NCBI GenBank assembly: GCA_020847755.1 | Contig: JADLBK010000175.1 | Span: 1 to 61,090, forward strand | Direction: 5' to 3' | Source: Flavobacteriales bacterium | GTDB lineage: Bacteria; Bacteroidota; Bacteroidia; Flavobacteriales_F; PHOS-HE28 | DNA length: 61,090 nt | Shown here: piece by piece, positions 49,138-58,537 of the stretch | Layout: each line of letters starts with the position of its first letter | How positions within the stretch are numbered: position 1 is the stretch's first letter | Position numbers and translations under genes: made by a program | The notes under the pieces: model-generated | Database searches by the model: none | What the model saw: the letters and a program-made list of their open reading frames with translations, nothing else | What the model was told of the DNA's origin: nothing

Positions 49138-51618
49138 CTAGAACTTGAAATGGAATGACGGCTTCACCAAAAAGGGCAGCGCATCGGGGTGGTCCAGCTC
49201 CGTCACGCGCCACACCAGGTCCACCCGGGCCACCTTAAGGATGTTCTCCAGGCCGAAGCCCACTTCCACGTACGGGCCATCGGGAGCATCGAGGCCGGTA
49301 GGGAGCGGCACCGGTCCATTGCGGTTCTCCGCACGCAGGTCGCCCACGAAGGCACGGGCGAAGACGAACTCACGCAGCTTGATGCGGCTGAGCAGCGGCA
49401 CGCGGTTCAGCAGGAAGCCCTCCAGGTGGTGCTCCACATGCAGCGCGGCATAGCGGTCGGCGGCGAACTCCATGAAGTTCATCAGGTTGAACGAGCGCGC
49501 GTCGTTGAAGAGCAAGGGGTCGCTGTTGGGATAGAAGAGCAGCGGATAGGGCACCGCGCCGGACAGTGCGCCACCCTCGGCCAGCAGGTCGAGATAGCCC
49601 CAGCGGCCCAGGCGCTGGCGGTGCTCCAGCTTCAGCCGAAGACGGGCCATGTCCACCTGCCCGCCCCAGATCCCATCGGCCGCGAGGGTGGCTTCCAGGG
49701 CCACCGTGGGCAGGCGCGGCGCGAAGAGCCCCTTTCGCAATTCGTCGAACGCGGCGGAAAGGCCGGGGGTGCCGGGGCTCCAGCGCAGGGCGAGCCGGGC
49801 ACCGGCCAGGTCGACCGCGTTCCAGGCCAGGGTGTCGCTCGCACGGATCCGCGGCAGGGGCCCGTCGGCATCGGCGAGGCGATCGCCGAAGAAGCCGAAG
49901 CGGACCGAAAGACCGTCCGTGCCGCGCCGTTCCGCATGAGCCTCCAGCAGCCGGCGATACCAGCGCGGGTCCGGGCCGGACAGGCGCACCAGGCTGGTGA
50001 GCGCATGATCCAGCGGAAGCAGGCTGGCGCTTCGCCCCGGCTGCACCAGGTCGTCCCAGAGGTCGAGGCCACCGCCCCAGGTCCTGCGCCCACGGCGATC
50101 ACGGGGACGCCACCACAGGGAGGCGGCACCCTTCGGACGGTCATCGTCCACACCGTAGGCCAGGTGTCCCGAAGCGCCCCAACCCGTGCTCAGCCGGTCC
50201 GTGGTGCGCAGGCCCACCTTGCCACGCCAGCCTTCCACGCGGTTGTGGCTCACGAAGGTGTACACGTTGCCCACATCGATGGCGCCCACGGGCAGCCAGC
50301 CTTCGGCGAGCAGGTGCAGCACCGCCTCCCTCCTCTTCCACCGCGGATCGCTGTTCATGCGGTCCACCATGCGCACCACACGTGCTTCCTCCTGGCCGAA
50401 GGCCTCCGGACGAACCGCCTCCCAGTAGAGGTCATCGCGGACGTAGGCGCTGTCCACGTCCGGGTCCGGCGGCGCGGTGCGGTAGAAGCCATCGTCGCGG
50501 GGACGGTCGAGCACCACCCGGCGCGTGACGCTCAGCTTCCGTCCGAAGAAGCCCGTCATGTCGGCATCGTTCTCGATCACGGTGAAGTCGGCGAGCACTT
50601 CGCTGCGGCGAAGGAACCAGGGACCGCCGGGCTCGGGTGCGTGATGCTGGCGGATGCGGTAGTGACGGACGAAGTTCACGTTGGCCGCGATGCTGAAGAT
50701 CAGGTCCACCCGCACCACGGCGTGGCTCACCGTATCGATGAGCAGCTCACCGGTGAAGGCGGCATCGGCCGCCACCCGCGGACGGTAGGTGATGCGGTGG
50801 CAGGTGAACCCTTCGCACTGCACCAGGCTGTCCTGAAGGAGGTAGCGGTACGCGCGTTGAAAGTGGTCGTTGATGGGGCTGGGGAAGCTGCGGTCCAGGA
50901 TGAGCACCTGCTCCTGGTAGATGTCCGGCTCCACGTACATGTCCTGCACGAACTCCATGATGCGCCGGGCACGGAAGAACTTGGAGGTGCGGCTGCCCAG
51001 GAGCACCGTCCGGTCCGCTGGTGGGACGGCGCGGTGGTGGCGACGCTCATGCTGCTCGGTGAGGAGGATCGGCAGGTAGCGCACACCGTCGGCCGTGGTG
51101 TCGATGCCCTCCCACAGGAAGTCGAAGGGCCGCAGGAGGAAGTTGCGCTTGATGCGGTCGCTGAAGTGGTTCAGGTCGAAGCGGACGCGGTGGTAGAGCT
51201 CCTGCTCGTATGCGGCGGCACTGCCCGGCGCGTTCACCGGCTTCCGCGCCACCATGCGGCGCAGGATGGCGAATGCGGGGTTCTCCCCGGGCCGTACGCG
51301 CACCTCGCCCAGCAGTTCGCTCGCAGGCTCCAGGGCCACGAAGAGGTCGCGCTCGCCCCCGCGCGGCAGCGCCTGCCGGAAGGGCCGGTAGCCCGTCATG
51401 GTCACCTGCAGGCTGTCCCGTCGTCCGTCGGCCTCCAACACGAAGGCGCCCGTGCTGTCGGTGGTGGTGCCCTCCGCCGCGCCCACGAAGCCCACGTTCG
51501 CGAAGGGCAGCGGATCGCCGGAACGGGCGTCGGCCACCACGCCGGACACGCGGGTGCGCTGGGCCAGGGCGGGCAGGGCGGCGATCAGCAGCAGGCCGAT
51601 CAGCGGGAGGCGGACCAT
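49138..51618 (-). CDS. CarboxypepD_reg-like domain plus DUF5686-family outer-membrane-associated protein
   Basis: The signal is MVRLPLIGLLLIAALPALAQ, followed by RVSGVVADARSGDPLPFANVGFVG...GTTTDSTGAF. The ~800-aa length and C-terminal ..KPSFHFKF are beta-barrel-like. Confidence 0.75.
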   Translation of the reverse strand: MVRLPLIGLLLIAALPALAQRTRVSGVVADARSGDPLPFANVGFVGAAEGTTTDSTGAFVLEADGRRDSLQVTMTGYRPFRQALPRGGERDLFVALEPASELLGEVRVRPGENPAFAILRRMVARKPVNAPGSAAAYEQELYHRVRFDLNHFSDRIKRNFLLRPFDFLWEGIDTTADGVRYLPILLTEQHERRHHRAVPPADRTVLLGSRTSKFFRARRIMEFVQDMYVEPDIYQEQVLILDRSFPSPINDHFQRAYRYLLQDSLVQCEGFTCHRITYRPRVAADAAFTGELLIDTVSHAVVRVDLIFSIAANVNFVRHYRIRQHHAPEPGGPWFLRRSEVLADFTVIENDADMTGFFGRKLSVTRRVVLDRPRDDGFYRTAPPDPDVDSAYVRDDLYWEAVRPEAFGQEEARVVRMVDRMNSDPRWKRREAVLHLLAEGWLPVGAIDVGNVYTFVSHNRVEGWRGKVGLRTTDRLSTGWGASGHLAYGVDDDRPKGAASLWWRPRDRRGRRTWGGGLDLWDDLVQPGRSASLLPLDHALTSLVRLSGPDPRWYRRLLEAHAERRGTDGLSVRFGFFGDRLADADGPLPRIRASDTLAWNAVDLAGARLALRWSPGTPGLSAAFDELRKGLFAPRLPTVALEATLAADGIWGGQVDMARLRLKLEHRQRLGRWGYLDLLAEGGALSGAVPYPLLFYPNSDPLLFNDARSFNLMNFMEFAADRYAALHVEHHLEGFLLNRVPLLSRIKLREFVFARAFVGDLRAENRNGPVPLPTGLDAPDGPYVEVGFGLENILKVARVDLVWRVTELDHPDALPFLVKPSFHFKF

Positions 51619-51729
51619 CGAACAGAGCGGACCGACCGGGCGTCGCGGATGTTCGCCCAAGGGACGCGCATCCGTCGGGTTGCGGGGATCGTGCCAATTT
51701 TACGCCGTTCGCGCCCAGCCCTCATCCCC

Positions 51730-52884
51730 GTGAAGATCCACATCGGCCGCGACCGCTACCTCAGCTTCTCGGCCACCACGCTCATCGGTGCCGACCCGGC
51801 CACCTGGCTGGGCATCCTGTGGCGCTACGGACGCGGCATGTCCTGGCCCTTCATCCCCAAGGCCATCATCCTCACCTGGCTGGTGCTGCTCAACACGCCG
51901 CTGGTGTGGTGGGAGCGCCTGCGCTACGACCGGCGCATCCGCCGGGCCAAGGTCACCGCGCCGCTCTTCATCATCGGCCATCAGCGCAGCGGCACCACCT
52001 ACCTGCACTACCTCATCGGCAAGGACCCGCAGTTCGGCTATCTATCCGTGAAGGAGAGCTTCATGCCCTGGCTTTACCTCACCCTGGCCCCGCTGCTGCG
52101 CCGCATGTACGCCAAGGCCCTGCCCGACAAGCGGCCGATGGACGACCTGCGCATGGGGGTGGACCTGCCCACGGAGCCGGAGTACTCTCTGGGCAACATG
52201 ACGGCGAGCACCATGATCCCGGGCTACTACTTCCCGCGGCGCATGCTGGAGGTGTTCCGCCGCAACGTGCTGTTCGAGGATGAGCGCGCCAGGAAGGCCT
52301 GGCAGCGCACGCTGCGGTACTTCATGCAGAAGCTCACCCTGCGCCACGGCGGCAAGCCCCTGGTGCTGAAAAGCCCGGAGAATCTGGCCCGGGTGAAGGA
52401 GATCCTGGAGGTCTTCCCCGATGCGCGCTTCCTGCACATCATGCGCGACCCCTACCGGGTGTTCTTCAGCACCGAACGGCTCTACGGCATCACCCTGCCG
52501 CTGGTGACCATGCAGCACGTGAAAGGGGACGAGGTGGAGGAGGCGCTGCTGGAGAGCTACCGGCTGATGTTCGCGAAGTTCTTCCGGGACAAGGCCGCGA
52601 TCCCTGTCGGACAGCTGGCCGAGGTGCGCTACGAGGACCTCATCGGCAACGAGGAGGCCGTGCTGGAGAAGGCGTACGCGCAGCTGGGCCTCGGCGGTTT
52701 CGAGGCCGCGCGACCGCACATCCTCGCCGAAGTGAAGAGCTACGCGGGCTACCGCACGAACACGTATGCCTATCCGCCCGAACGCATGCGGCTGGTGCGC
52801 GAACGTTGGGGACCGGTGTTCGATGCGTTGGGCTATCCGAAGGACGTGCCCCTAAGCGCCAAGCAGCAGAACGCGCAGGCCTGA
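51730..52884 (+). CDS. sulfotransferase-family protein
   Basis: IIGHQRSGTTYLHYL is a PAPS 5'-phosphosulfate-binding loop and ..RFLHIMRDPYRVFFS is a 3'-phosphate-binding motif. A GTG start at 51730 is inferred; only this last third of the 1231-aa ORF looks coding. Confidence 0.75.
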   Translation: MKIHIGRDRYLSFSATTLIGADPATWLGILWRYGRGMSWPFIPKAIILTWLVLLNTPLVWWERLRYDRRIRRAKVTAPLFIIGHQRSGTTYLHYLIGKDPQFGYLSVKESFMPWLYLTLAPLLRRMYAKALPDKRPMDDLRMGVDLPTEPEYSLGNMTASTMIPGYYFPRRMLEVFRRNVLFEDERARKAWQRTLRYFMQKLTLRHGGKPLVLKSPENLARVKEILEVFPDARFLHIMRDPYRVFFSTERLYGITLPLVTMQHVKGDEVEEALLESYRLMFAKFFRDKAAIPVGQLAEVRYEDLIGNEEAVLEKAYAQLGLGGFEAARPHILAEVKSYAGYRTNTYAYPPERMRLVRERWGPVFDALGYPKDVPLSAKQQNAQA

Positions 52885-54132
52885 GGCGAAGCGGTCCGCC
52901 TCCTCCTCGGTCAACGCGCGGCCATCGTAGCCCAGCACCACCAGCAGCCCGCCGCGTTCGCGTCCCACCACCATGCTGAGGCCCGGCGGCGCCGGCACCG
53001 GCGGCAGATGCAGCACCTCGCCGATGGGAAGGCCGGTGAAGGTGGACGGCATGCGGCCCAGGTCGCCCAGGTCGCTGAAGCCGAAGCTGCTCCAACGCCC
53101 CAGCGAAGGCAGGTCCACCATGGCGGCGCTGAGCCAGGCGGGCAGCCGCCGGAAGGCCCGCAGCAAGGCCCGGTAGCGGTGGGGGAAGCGCGCACGCACC
53201 TGCTCCACCAGCTGGCCGTTGAGCGCACGCACCGCAGTGGCCGTATCGTGCAACTGGCCCTGGTCGAGGCGGAAGAAGAGGAAGGACGTGACATTGGTGA
53301 GCAGATGCCCCGGCGTGCCCCGCGGTCGCTGATCCACCGGCGCCGAGAACCACAGGTAGCGCGGGATGCCACCGCGCCGTCCGAGCGTGTCGTGCACCAG
53401 GCGGGCGGCCACGGCCATGAAGTGGGCGCTGCGGGCCAGGGCGGCGCCGGTGCTGCGGGCCAGGGCGTCGATGCGGAGGGTCTCCTCGGGGGTGAAGCGC
53501 AGGACCCGGAACCGCGGCACGTTCGGCACGGGCCGATCGCGCACCCACAGCGAGCCCAGCCGCGGCCCCGAGGTGCGGAAGGCCTGGGCGGCGCTGGCCA
53601 CCACCTCACGCCAGGCCCCCGGTGCGGTGGCGCGGTCCTCCGGCGGCAGTACTGGCCCCGCCCAGCCTCCGGCCTCCACGCCGTGCAACAGGTTCAGCAT
53701 GCCCTGATGGTCGAACAGCGCGTGGTGGAAGGAGACCAGCACCTGCGCACGGCCCTGAGCAGCGAGCACATCGAAGCGCAGCAGGCCCTCCGGACCCAGC
53801 CGGTCGCCGAGGCGATCGGTCAGCCAGGCTTCGGGATCATCGCCACGGTGCAGGTGCACGATGTCCGGCCCGTCAGCGAGCAGCCGCCAACGCGGCAGCG
53901 CAGGCCAGCGCACCATCCACCGGATGAGCCCCACGTGCCGCACCACCGGGCTGGCACGCAGCGCGGCCGCCACGGCCTCCGCATCGGCGCCCGCCCCGAG
54001 GTCGAAACGCATGCGCGACACGTTGCCGGCCAGTCCGCGTGCGCGCATGGCGCGATGCACCAGCCAATGGAAATGGTCCGGGCCCGAGAGCGGCCGGTCC
54101 ATCTCCGGCGCGGACAGGGACCACGACGGCAT
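52852..54132 (-). CDS. condensation-domain-like acyltransferase (HHxxxD family)
   Basis: It carries the HHALFDHQG motif, is ~425 aa long, and lies immediately downstream of an ACP gene. Confidence 0.65.
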   Translation of the reverse strand: MPSWSLSAPEMDRPLSGPDHFHWLVHRAMRARGLAGNVSRMRFDLGAGADAEAVAAALRASPVVRHVGLIRWMVRWPALPRWRLLADGPDIVHLHRGDDPEAWLTDRLGDRLGPEGLLRFDVLAAQGRAQVLVSFHHALFDHQGMLNLLHGVEAGGWAGPVLPPEDRATAPGAWREVVASAAQAFRTSGPRLGSLWVRDRPVPNVPRFRVLRFTPEETLRIDALARSTGAALARSAHFMAVAARLVHDTLGRRGGIPRYLWFSAPVDQRPRGTPGHLLTNVTSFLFFRLDQGQLHDTATAVRALNGQLVEQVRARFPHRYRALLRAFRRLPAWLSAAMVDLPSLGRWSSFGFSDLGDLGRMPSTFTGLPIGEVLHLPPVPAPPGLSMVVGRERGGLLVVLGYDGRALTEEEADRFASGLRVLLLGA

Positions 54133-54138
54133 CGAGGC

Positions 54139-54381
54139 TCAGTTGATGTGGCGCAGGGCGTAGGCGGCGAGCGAACGCAGGTCGCGCAGGTCGTCCGCCC
54201 CGATGCCTTCCACGGGGATGCGCGCACCGAAGCGGTCCTCCACGGCCATCATCAGCTCGATCACCGAGAGGGAATCCAGGCCCAGGGAGACCAGTTCGGC
54301 ATCCTCCGCCACAGGCACGGCCACACGGTCCTTCACCAGGTCGCGCAGCACCTCCACCAATTCCGCATGTTGCACCACCAT
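54139..54381 (-). CDS. acyl/peptidyl carrier protein
   Basis: ..LVSLGLDSLSVIELMMAVEDRFG.. contains the phosphopantetheine-attachment Ser. The product is 80 aa from internal ATG 54381. Confidence 0.8.
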   Translation of the reverse strand: MVVQHAELVEVLRDLVKDRVAVPVAEDAELVSLGLDSLSVIELMMAVEDRFGARIPVEGIGADDLRDLRSLAAYALRHIN

Positions 54382-54442
54382 GGCCGCCGCGCGAAGATAG
54401 GATCCCGGGCGCACCCGGGCCGGGGCCGTAGCTTCGCCCGCC

Positions 54443-54889
54443 ATGGCCGCCCCCGCGATCGACGTGCGCAACCGGCGCGCGTCCTACGAGTACCACCTGC
54501 TGGACAGCTACACCTGCGGGCTGGTGCTGATGGGCTCGGAGATCAAGAGCATCCGCGCGGGCGGCGCCTCGATCAGCGAAGCGTTCTGCACCTTCATGGG
54601 GCCGGACCTGGTGGTGCGCAACATGCAGATCAACCCCTCCGGCACCAACGTCCACTTCGTGCACGAACCCAAGCGCGACCGCAAGCTGCTGCTGAAGCAC
54701 AGCGAGCTGAACAAGCTGCGGCGCAAGGTGAAGGACGCCGGCATCACCATCGTGCCCGTGCGCCTGTTCCTGTCCGAAAGCGGCTATGCCAAGCTGGAGA
54801 TCGCGCTGGCCAAGGGCAAGAAGGTGCACGACAAGCGGGAGAGCATCAAGGAGCGCGACGTGCAACGCGACCTGGACCGTGGCCAATGA
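54443..54889 (+). CDS. smpB: SsrA-binding protein SmpB
   Basis: ..NRRASYEYHLLDSYTCGLVLMGSEIKSIRAG.ASI.EAFC.........N..I.P.........HEPKRDRKLLLKHSELNKL......GITIVP.RLF....YAKLEIALAKGKK.HDKR. Confidence 0.95.
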   Translation: MAAPAIDVRNRRASYEYHLLDSYTCGLVLMGSEIKSIRAGGASISEAFCTFMGPDLVVRNMQINPSGTNVHFVHEPKRDRKLLLKHSELNKLRRKVKDAGITIVPVRLFLSESGYAKLEIALAKGKKVHDKRESIKERDVQRDLDRGQ

Positions 54890-56879
54890 CCGTCCCTCCT
54901 GGCGCGCGCACCTGGCCGACGCCGACCCGCGCGGGATCCCCGGCCCGCCATGGGCACGGCTCGCGCTGCTGCTCCTGCTGATCACGGCCGGCGCGCTGCG
55001 CCTGCTCGGCTGGCCGTCGATCCCCTTCACCCACGACGAGATCAGCGCCCTGGTCCGCCTCTACCCCACCCTCGGTGAGACCATCCGACGCGGGGTCATC
55101 GAACTGGACACGCATCCGCCCGGCGTGCAGGTGCTGGAGTGGCTGTGGACGCGGCTGGTGGGCCGCCAGGAGGGATGGGTGCAGCTGCCCTTCATCGCGG
55201 CTTCCCTGGCCGGCATCCTGTTCATGTACCGCTTCGCCCTGGCCTGGACCACCGCCACCGCGGCCCTGGCGGTGACGGCCCTGCTGGCCACCCTGCAGTA
55301 CGCCGTGCTCTATGGCCAGCTGGCGCGCCCGTACGCCATCGGCCTCTTCAGCGTGGCCCTGCTGGCCGACCAGTGGACGCGGTGGCTGGCCTGGCAACGC
55401 ACCCAACACCTGGTGGGTGCGGCCCTGGCTGCGGCCCTGTGCGCCTACACCCACCACTTCGCCGCCCTCGTGGCCGCTCTGATCATGGGCAGCGGCCTCG
55501 CGCTGGCACCCCGCACCGCCCGCCTCCGCTGGCTGCTGGCCTGCGGCGCCAGCCTGCTGCTCTACCTGCCCAACGTGCCCATCCTGCTGCGACAGCTCGG
55601 CCTCGGCGGTCTGCAGGAATGGCTGGCCCCGCCGAACGGCCACTGGTTCCCCGATCACCTGTGGTGGGTGGCGCATGGCTCGGCGCTGCTCGCAGCGGTG
55701 CTGCTGCTCGGGGCAGCCGCCTCGCTCGTTGGCTGGTGGCGCGGCGCCTCACGGGCCTGGCCGATCGTGCCCGTGCTGCTCGTGTGGGTCCTCGTTCCCG
55801 CCGCACTGGGCTACGGATACAGCGTGTGGCGTGCGCCGGTGCTCCAGCACTCGGTGCTCGTGTTCTCCTTCCCCTTCGCGCTGGTGCTGTTGTTCGGCGG
55901 GCTCGACCTGCACCGGAAAGCGCTCGCCATCGGGCTCGCCGTCCTCCTGGCCGGCACGGCCATGCTCACGCTCTTCACGGTGCGGCAGCATCACCGCACC
56001 GCGCTCACCTCCAAGTACGAAGCCTTCCTCCAGGCCGCCACGGATGGCGCCGCACACCCCGACCGGCTCGTGGTGATCGACGCGCCGCCTGAGGTGCTCG
56101 ACCTGCTGGAACAGGAACCGCGGTATACGGCCGCGCCGGGCCACTACCTCCGCTTGCGCGACCTGGGGAGCAATGCCGCCCTGCTCCACCGGATCCGCGC
56201 GCAGCGTCCTGCGGATGTGGTGCTGGGCCTCTTCCACAGCACGGACCGGGCCCTGCCGGCCCTGGTCCAGCACAGCCACCCGGCCCTGCTCGAACGCGTC
56301 GACCTGGTGGAAGGCCAGGTGATGCACTTCCGCACGGGTGGCAACGGGCTCGCCGATACCGTCGCCTGGAGCGCCGCCGCACCGGGCACGGTCCCTGTCG
56401 GCTGGCAGGCGGAACCCGCGGCCATCGGCGCGGACAGCCTCGCGGGCAGCGGCTGGGACCTCGGCGGTCGCGAATACGGGGTGCTGTTCCAAGCGCCCCT
56501 GCCCGGCACGCACCGGCCGAACGATGTGGTGGAACTGGTGGTGGACGCCACCGCGCTGGATGACGCGGGCCTGGGTGTGGAGGCCGTGATCGAGCTCCGG
56601 TCCGTCGTGGACGATCGCGACAGCCTGCTGGTGTACCGCAGCACTTCGGCGCTGGACTGCGCACGGCGTGTGGGTGAGCGCGGCCCCGTGGTGGTGGCCA
56701 TCCCGCTCAGCCGCGCCCTCTCACGCCACCCCGGGCTGCTGCTGCGCGCTTACGTGTGGAACCGCCACAGCGGCATGGTGCGCGTCCACGGCCTGCGGCT
56801 GCGCTGGCGCGAAGGCGACCCGGCGCTCTACGGCCTGGTGGAACCCCTCCACGGGCCCTGGCGTTTCGCACCGCAGTGA
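54879..56879 (+). CDS. GT-C-fold membrane glycosyltransferase (ArnT / family 39-like) with a large C-terminal soluble domain
   Basis: ..LLGWPSIPFTHDEISALV.. has an acidic motif in the first loop. It is followed by ~11 TM helices. The start is uncertain; GTG 54879 was chosen to avoid overlap with smpB. Confidence 0.65.
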   Translation: MANDRPSWRAHLADADPRGIPGPPWARLALLLLLITAGALRLLGWPSIPFTHDEISALVRLYPTLGETIRRGVIELDTHPPGVQVLEWLWTRLVGRQEGWVQLPFIAASLAGILFMYRFALAWTTATAALAVTALLATLQYAVLYGQLARPYAIGLFSVALLADQWTRWLAWQRTQHLVGAALAAALCAYTHHFAALVAALIMGSGLALAPRTARLRWLLACGASLLLYLPNVPILLRQLGLGGLQEWLAPPNGHWFPDHLWWVAHGSALLAAVLLLGAAASLVGWWRGASRAWPIVPVLLVWVLVPAALGYGYSVWRAPVLQHSVLVFSFPFALVLLFGGLDLHRKALAIGLAVLLAGTAMLTLFTVRQHHRTALTSKYEAFLQAATDGAAHPDRLVVIDAPPEVLDLLEQEPRYTAAPGHYLRLRDLGSNAALLHRIRAQRPADVVLGLFHSTDRALPALVQHSHPALLERVDLVEGQVMHFRTGGNGLADTVAWSAAAPGTVPVGWQAEPAAIGADSLAGSGWDLGGREYGVLFQAPLPGTHRPNDVVELVVDATALDDAGLGVEAVIELRSVVDDRDSLLVYRSTSALDCARRVGERGPVVVAIPLSRALSRHPGLLLRAYVWNRHSGMVRVHGLRLRWREGDPALYGLVEPLHGPWRFAPQ

Positions 56880-56892
56880 GCGGCAACGAAAA

Positions 56893-56910
56893 GGCCGCCC
56901 GCAGGCGGCC
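56893..56910. terminator. bidirectional stem-loop between convergent genes
   Basis: GGCCGCC-cgca-GGCGGCC is preceded by AAAA. Confidence 0.55.
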
Positions 56911-56935
56911 CTCCCGGCGCAACAAAGGGGAAGCG

Positions 56936-57919
56936 CTAGAACTTGAAGTTGAGGCCCACGCCCAGCGTTTCCCGGAACTGTGTGGTGGGACCGAACTTGG
57001 CCACACCGTCCTCCGTGCGGGCGATGTTGATGTCGTGGTCGTAGATGAGCATGGTGTTCAACGTCGCTGCGAACCAGCTGTTCACCTTGAAGGTCCACAG
57101 CATCTCCCAGTTCACGTCGATGTTCGACGGCTCCTTCAGGTAGTTGCTGAACAGATCCAGGCGGGTCATGAATCCGATGTTCTTGGCCACGTCCGTCTGG
57201 TAGGTCAGGTTCAGGAAGGCCCCCATCTGGAAGAGCGTGTTCTCCCCGGCGGTCACCCTGCGGATCACCCCGCCGGTGGTGTCGAACACGGCCGGGTCCA
57301 CGCCGAAGTTGCCCGCATCGGCCAGGTCCTGGTCCATCACGAAGGTGATCTTGGCGGTGATGGGCGACAGGTACACGCTGAGCTTCTTGTTCGGCTTGTA
57401 GTCCACGCCCAGACCGAAGAGCAGGTAGCCCGGCGCCAGCAGGTTGGAGATCTTCACCGTGTCGTTGGTGGCATCGAAGCCCTCGGTGAACTGCGACCGG
57501 AACTGGAGCATGGCCGCCGCATACCACGGCCCCTTCATCTGGTAGCCGTAGCGCGAGTTGAGCTCGAAACGGTCATCGCTCTTGAAGGTGCGCTTGCCCT
57601 CCTGCGCCAGCAGGCCATAGGCCAGGGCGATGGAGTTGTCCCACGCGATGCGGCCCTTGCGCTTGTTGGCGAAGGCGTTCACCTGGGCGATGCCGCTCAA
57701 GCTGCTGAGGCCGCCGGCGGCCCAGTTCACCAGCTGCACCTGGGTGAAGTTCAATTGGAACACCCCGCCGGTGGTCCACACCTTGGCGGAGTCGACGGTG
57801 GTGGCGGGTTTGTCGCGCAAGGCCTTGCGGTCGGCGTCCTGCAGATCCTCCTGCGCCACGGCAGGGGCCAGCAGCAGGAAGGCCAGGGGGGCGGAAAGGA
57901 GGCGGAGCGGTCGGTTCAT
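56936..57919 (-). CDS. DUF3078-family outer-membrane beta-barrel protein
   Basis: The signal is MNRPLRLLSAPLAFLLLAPAVAQ. It contains ..WTTGGVFQLNFTQVQLVNWAAGG.. and ends in the aromatic ..LGVGLNFKF. Confidence 0.75.
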   Translation of the reverse strand: MNRPLRLLSAPLAFLLLAPAVAQEDLQDADRKALRDKPATTVDSAKVWTTGGVFQLNFTQVQLVNWAAGGLSSLSGIAQVNAFANKRKGRIAWDNSIALAYGLLAQEGKRTFKSDDRFELNSRYGYQMKGPWYAAAMLQFRSQFTEGFDATNDTVKISNLLAPGYLLFGLGVDYKPNKKLSVYLSPITAKITFVMDQDLADAGNFGVDPAVFDTTGGVIRRVTAGENTLFQMGAFLNLTYQTDVAKNIGFMTRLDLFSNYLKEPSNIDVNWEMLWTFKVNSWFAATLNTMLIYDHDINIARTEDGVAKFGPTTQFRETLGVGLNFKF

Positions 57920-57994
57920 GGGCGGGGAGTTTGGTAGCGTTCGAAGGCTTCGGTCAAAGGGAGGGCGTTCAGGTGTTCCGGCAACTGTCCGCGG

Positions 57995-58495
57995 TCAGGG
58001 TTCCGGGGCGAACACCTGGTCGGGAAAGCGGAGGCTGTCCGGCACGCGCATCACCAGGTACGGGTGGCCGGTGGCCTTGTGGCAGTTGTTGCAGGTGGCG
58101 ATGAGCGTGTTGAAGCGCGGTGCGAAATCGGTCAGTCCGTCGGTGCGCAGCTGGTCGCGCAGGGCATCGATGGCGGGCAGGCCCAGGTTGGTCATGTAGG
58201 TGCTTACCGGCACGCCGTCGTCCACGATGCCGGCCTTGGCCACGGCGGCCATCTCCTCCTTCAGCTCGTGGCGGTAGAACTCGGCCAGCGGCAGGTTGCC
58301 GGCAGTGCCCGCGGCCCACAGCTTGTGGGCGTGGCTCTGGATGCGGCCCATGTACACGGCCACCTCCACCTCGGGCTGCGGGGCGGGTGCGGCGGAGAGG
58401 GCGTCCATCTGATGCTGGAGCCGGTTGATGCGGTGCATCAGCAGCGCCACCACCACCAGGAAGGCGAGGGCCAGGAGCAGGGTTCCGTTCTTCAT
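57995..58495 (-). CDS. membrane-anchored helical protein with a C-terminal CxxCH haem-attachment motif (class II cytochrome c-like)
   Basis: The N-terminal TM is LLLALAFLVVVALLM. The protein is predicted all-helical, with CNNCH 25 residues from the C-terminus. Confidence 0.5.
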   Translation of the reverse strand: MKNGTLLLALAFLVVVALLMHRINRLQHQMDALSAAPAPQPEVEVAVYMGRIQSHAHKLWAAGTAGNLPLAEFYRHELKEEMAAVAKAGIVDDGVPVSTYMTNLGLPAIDALRDQLRTDGLTDFAPRFNTLIATCNNCHKATGHPYLVMRVPDSLRFPDQVFAPEP

Positions 58496-58504
58496 CCGGA
58501 GGTG

Positions 58505-58537
58505 AAAAAAGGCCCTCGGCCGGGGCGCCGAAGGCCT
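58505..58537 (-). terminator. rho-independent terminator downstream of tRNA-Val
   Basis: The minus strand reads AAGGCCUUCGGC-gccccg-GCCGAGGGCCUU followed by UUUUUU. Confidence 0.75.

Noticed and set aside
54382-54442. tmRNA (ssrA) next to smpB
   Set aside because: The flanking intergenic regions are only ~60 bp and ~0 bp, too short for a tmRNA. No tRNA-Ala-like acceptor/T-arm was seen there.
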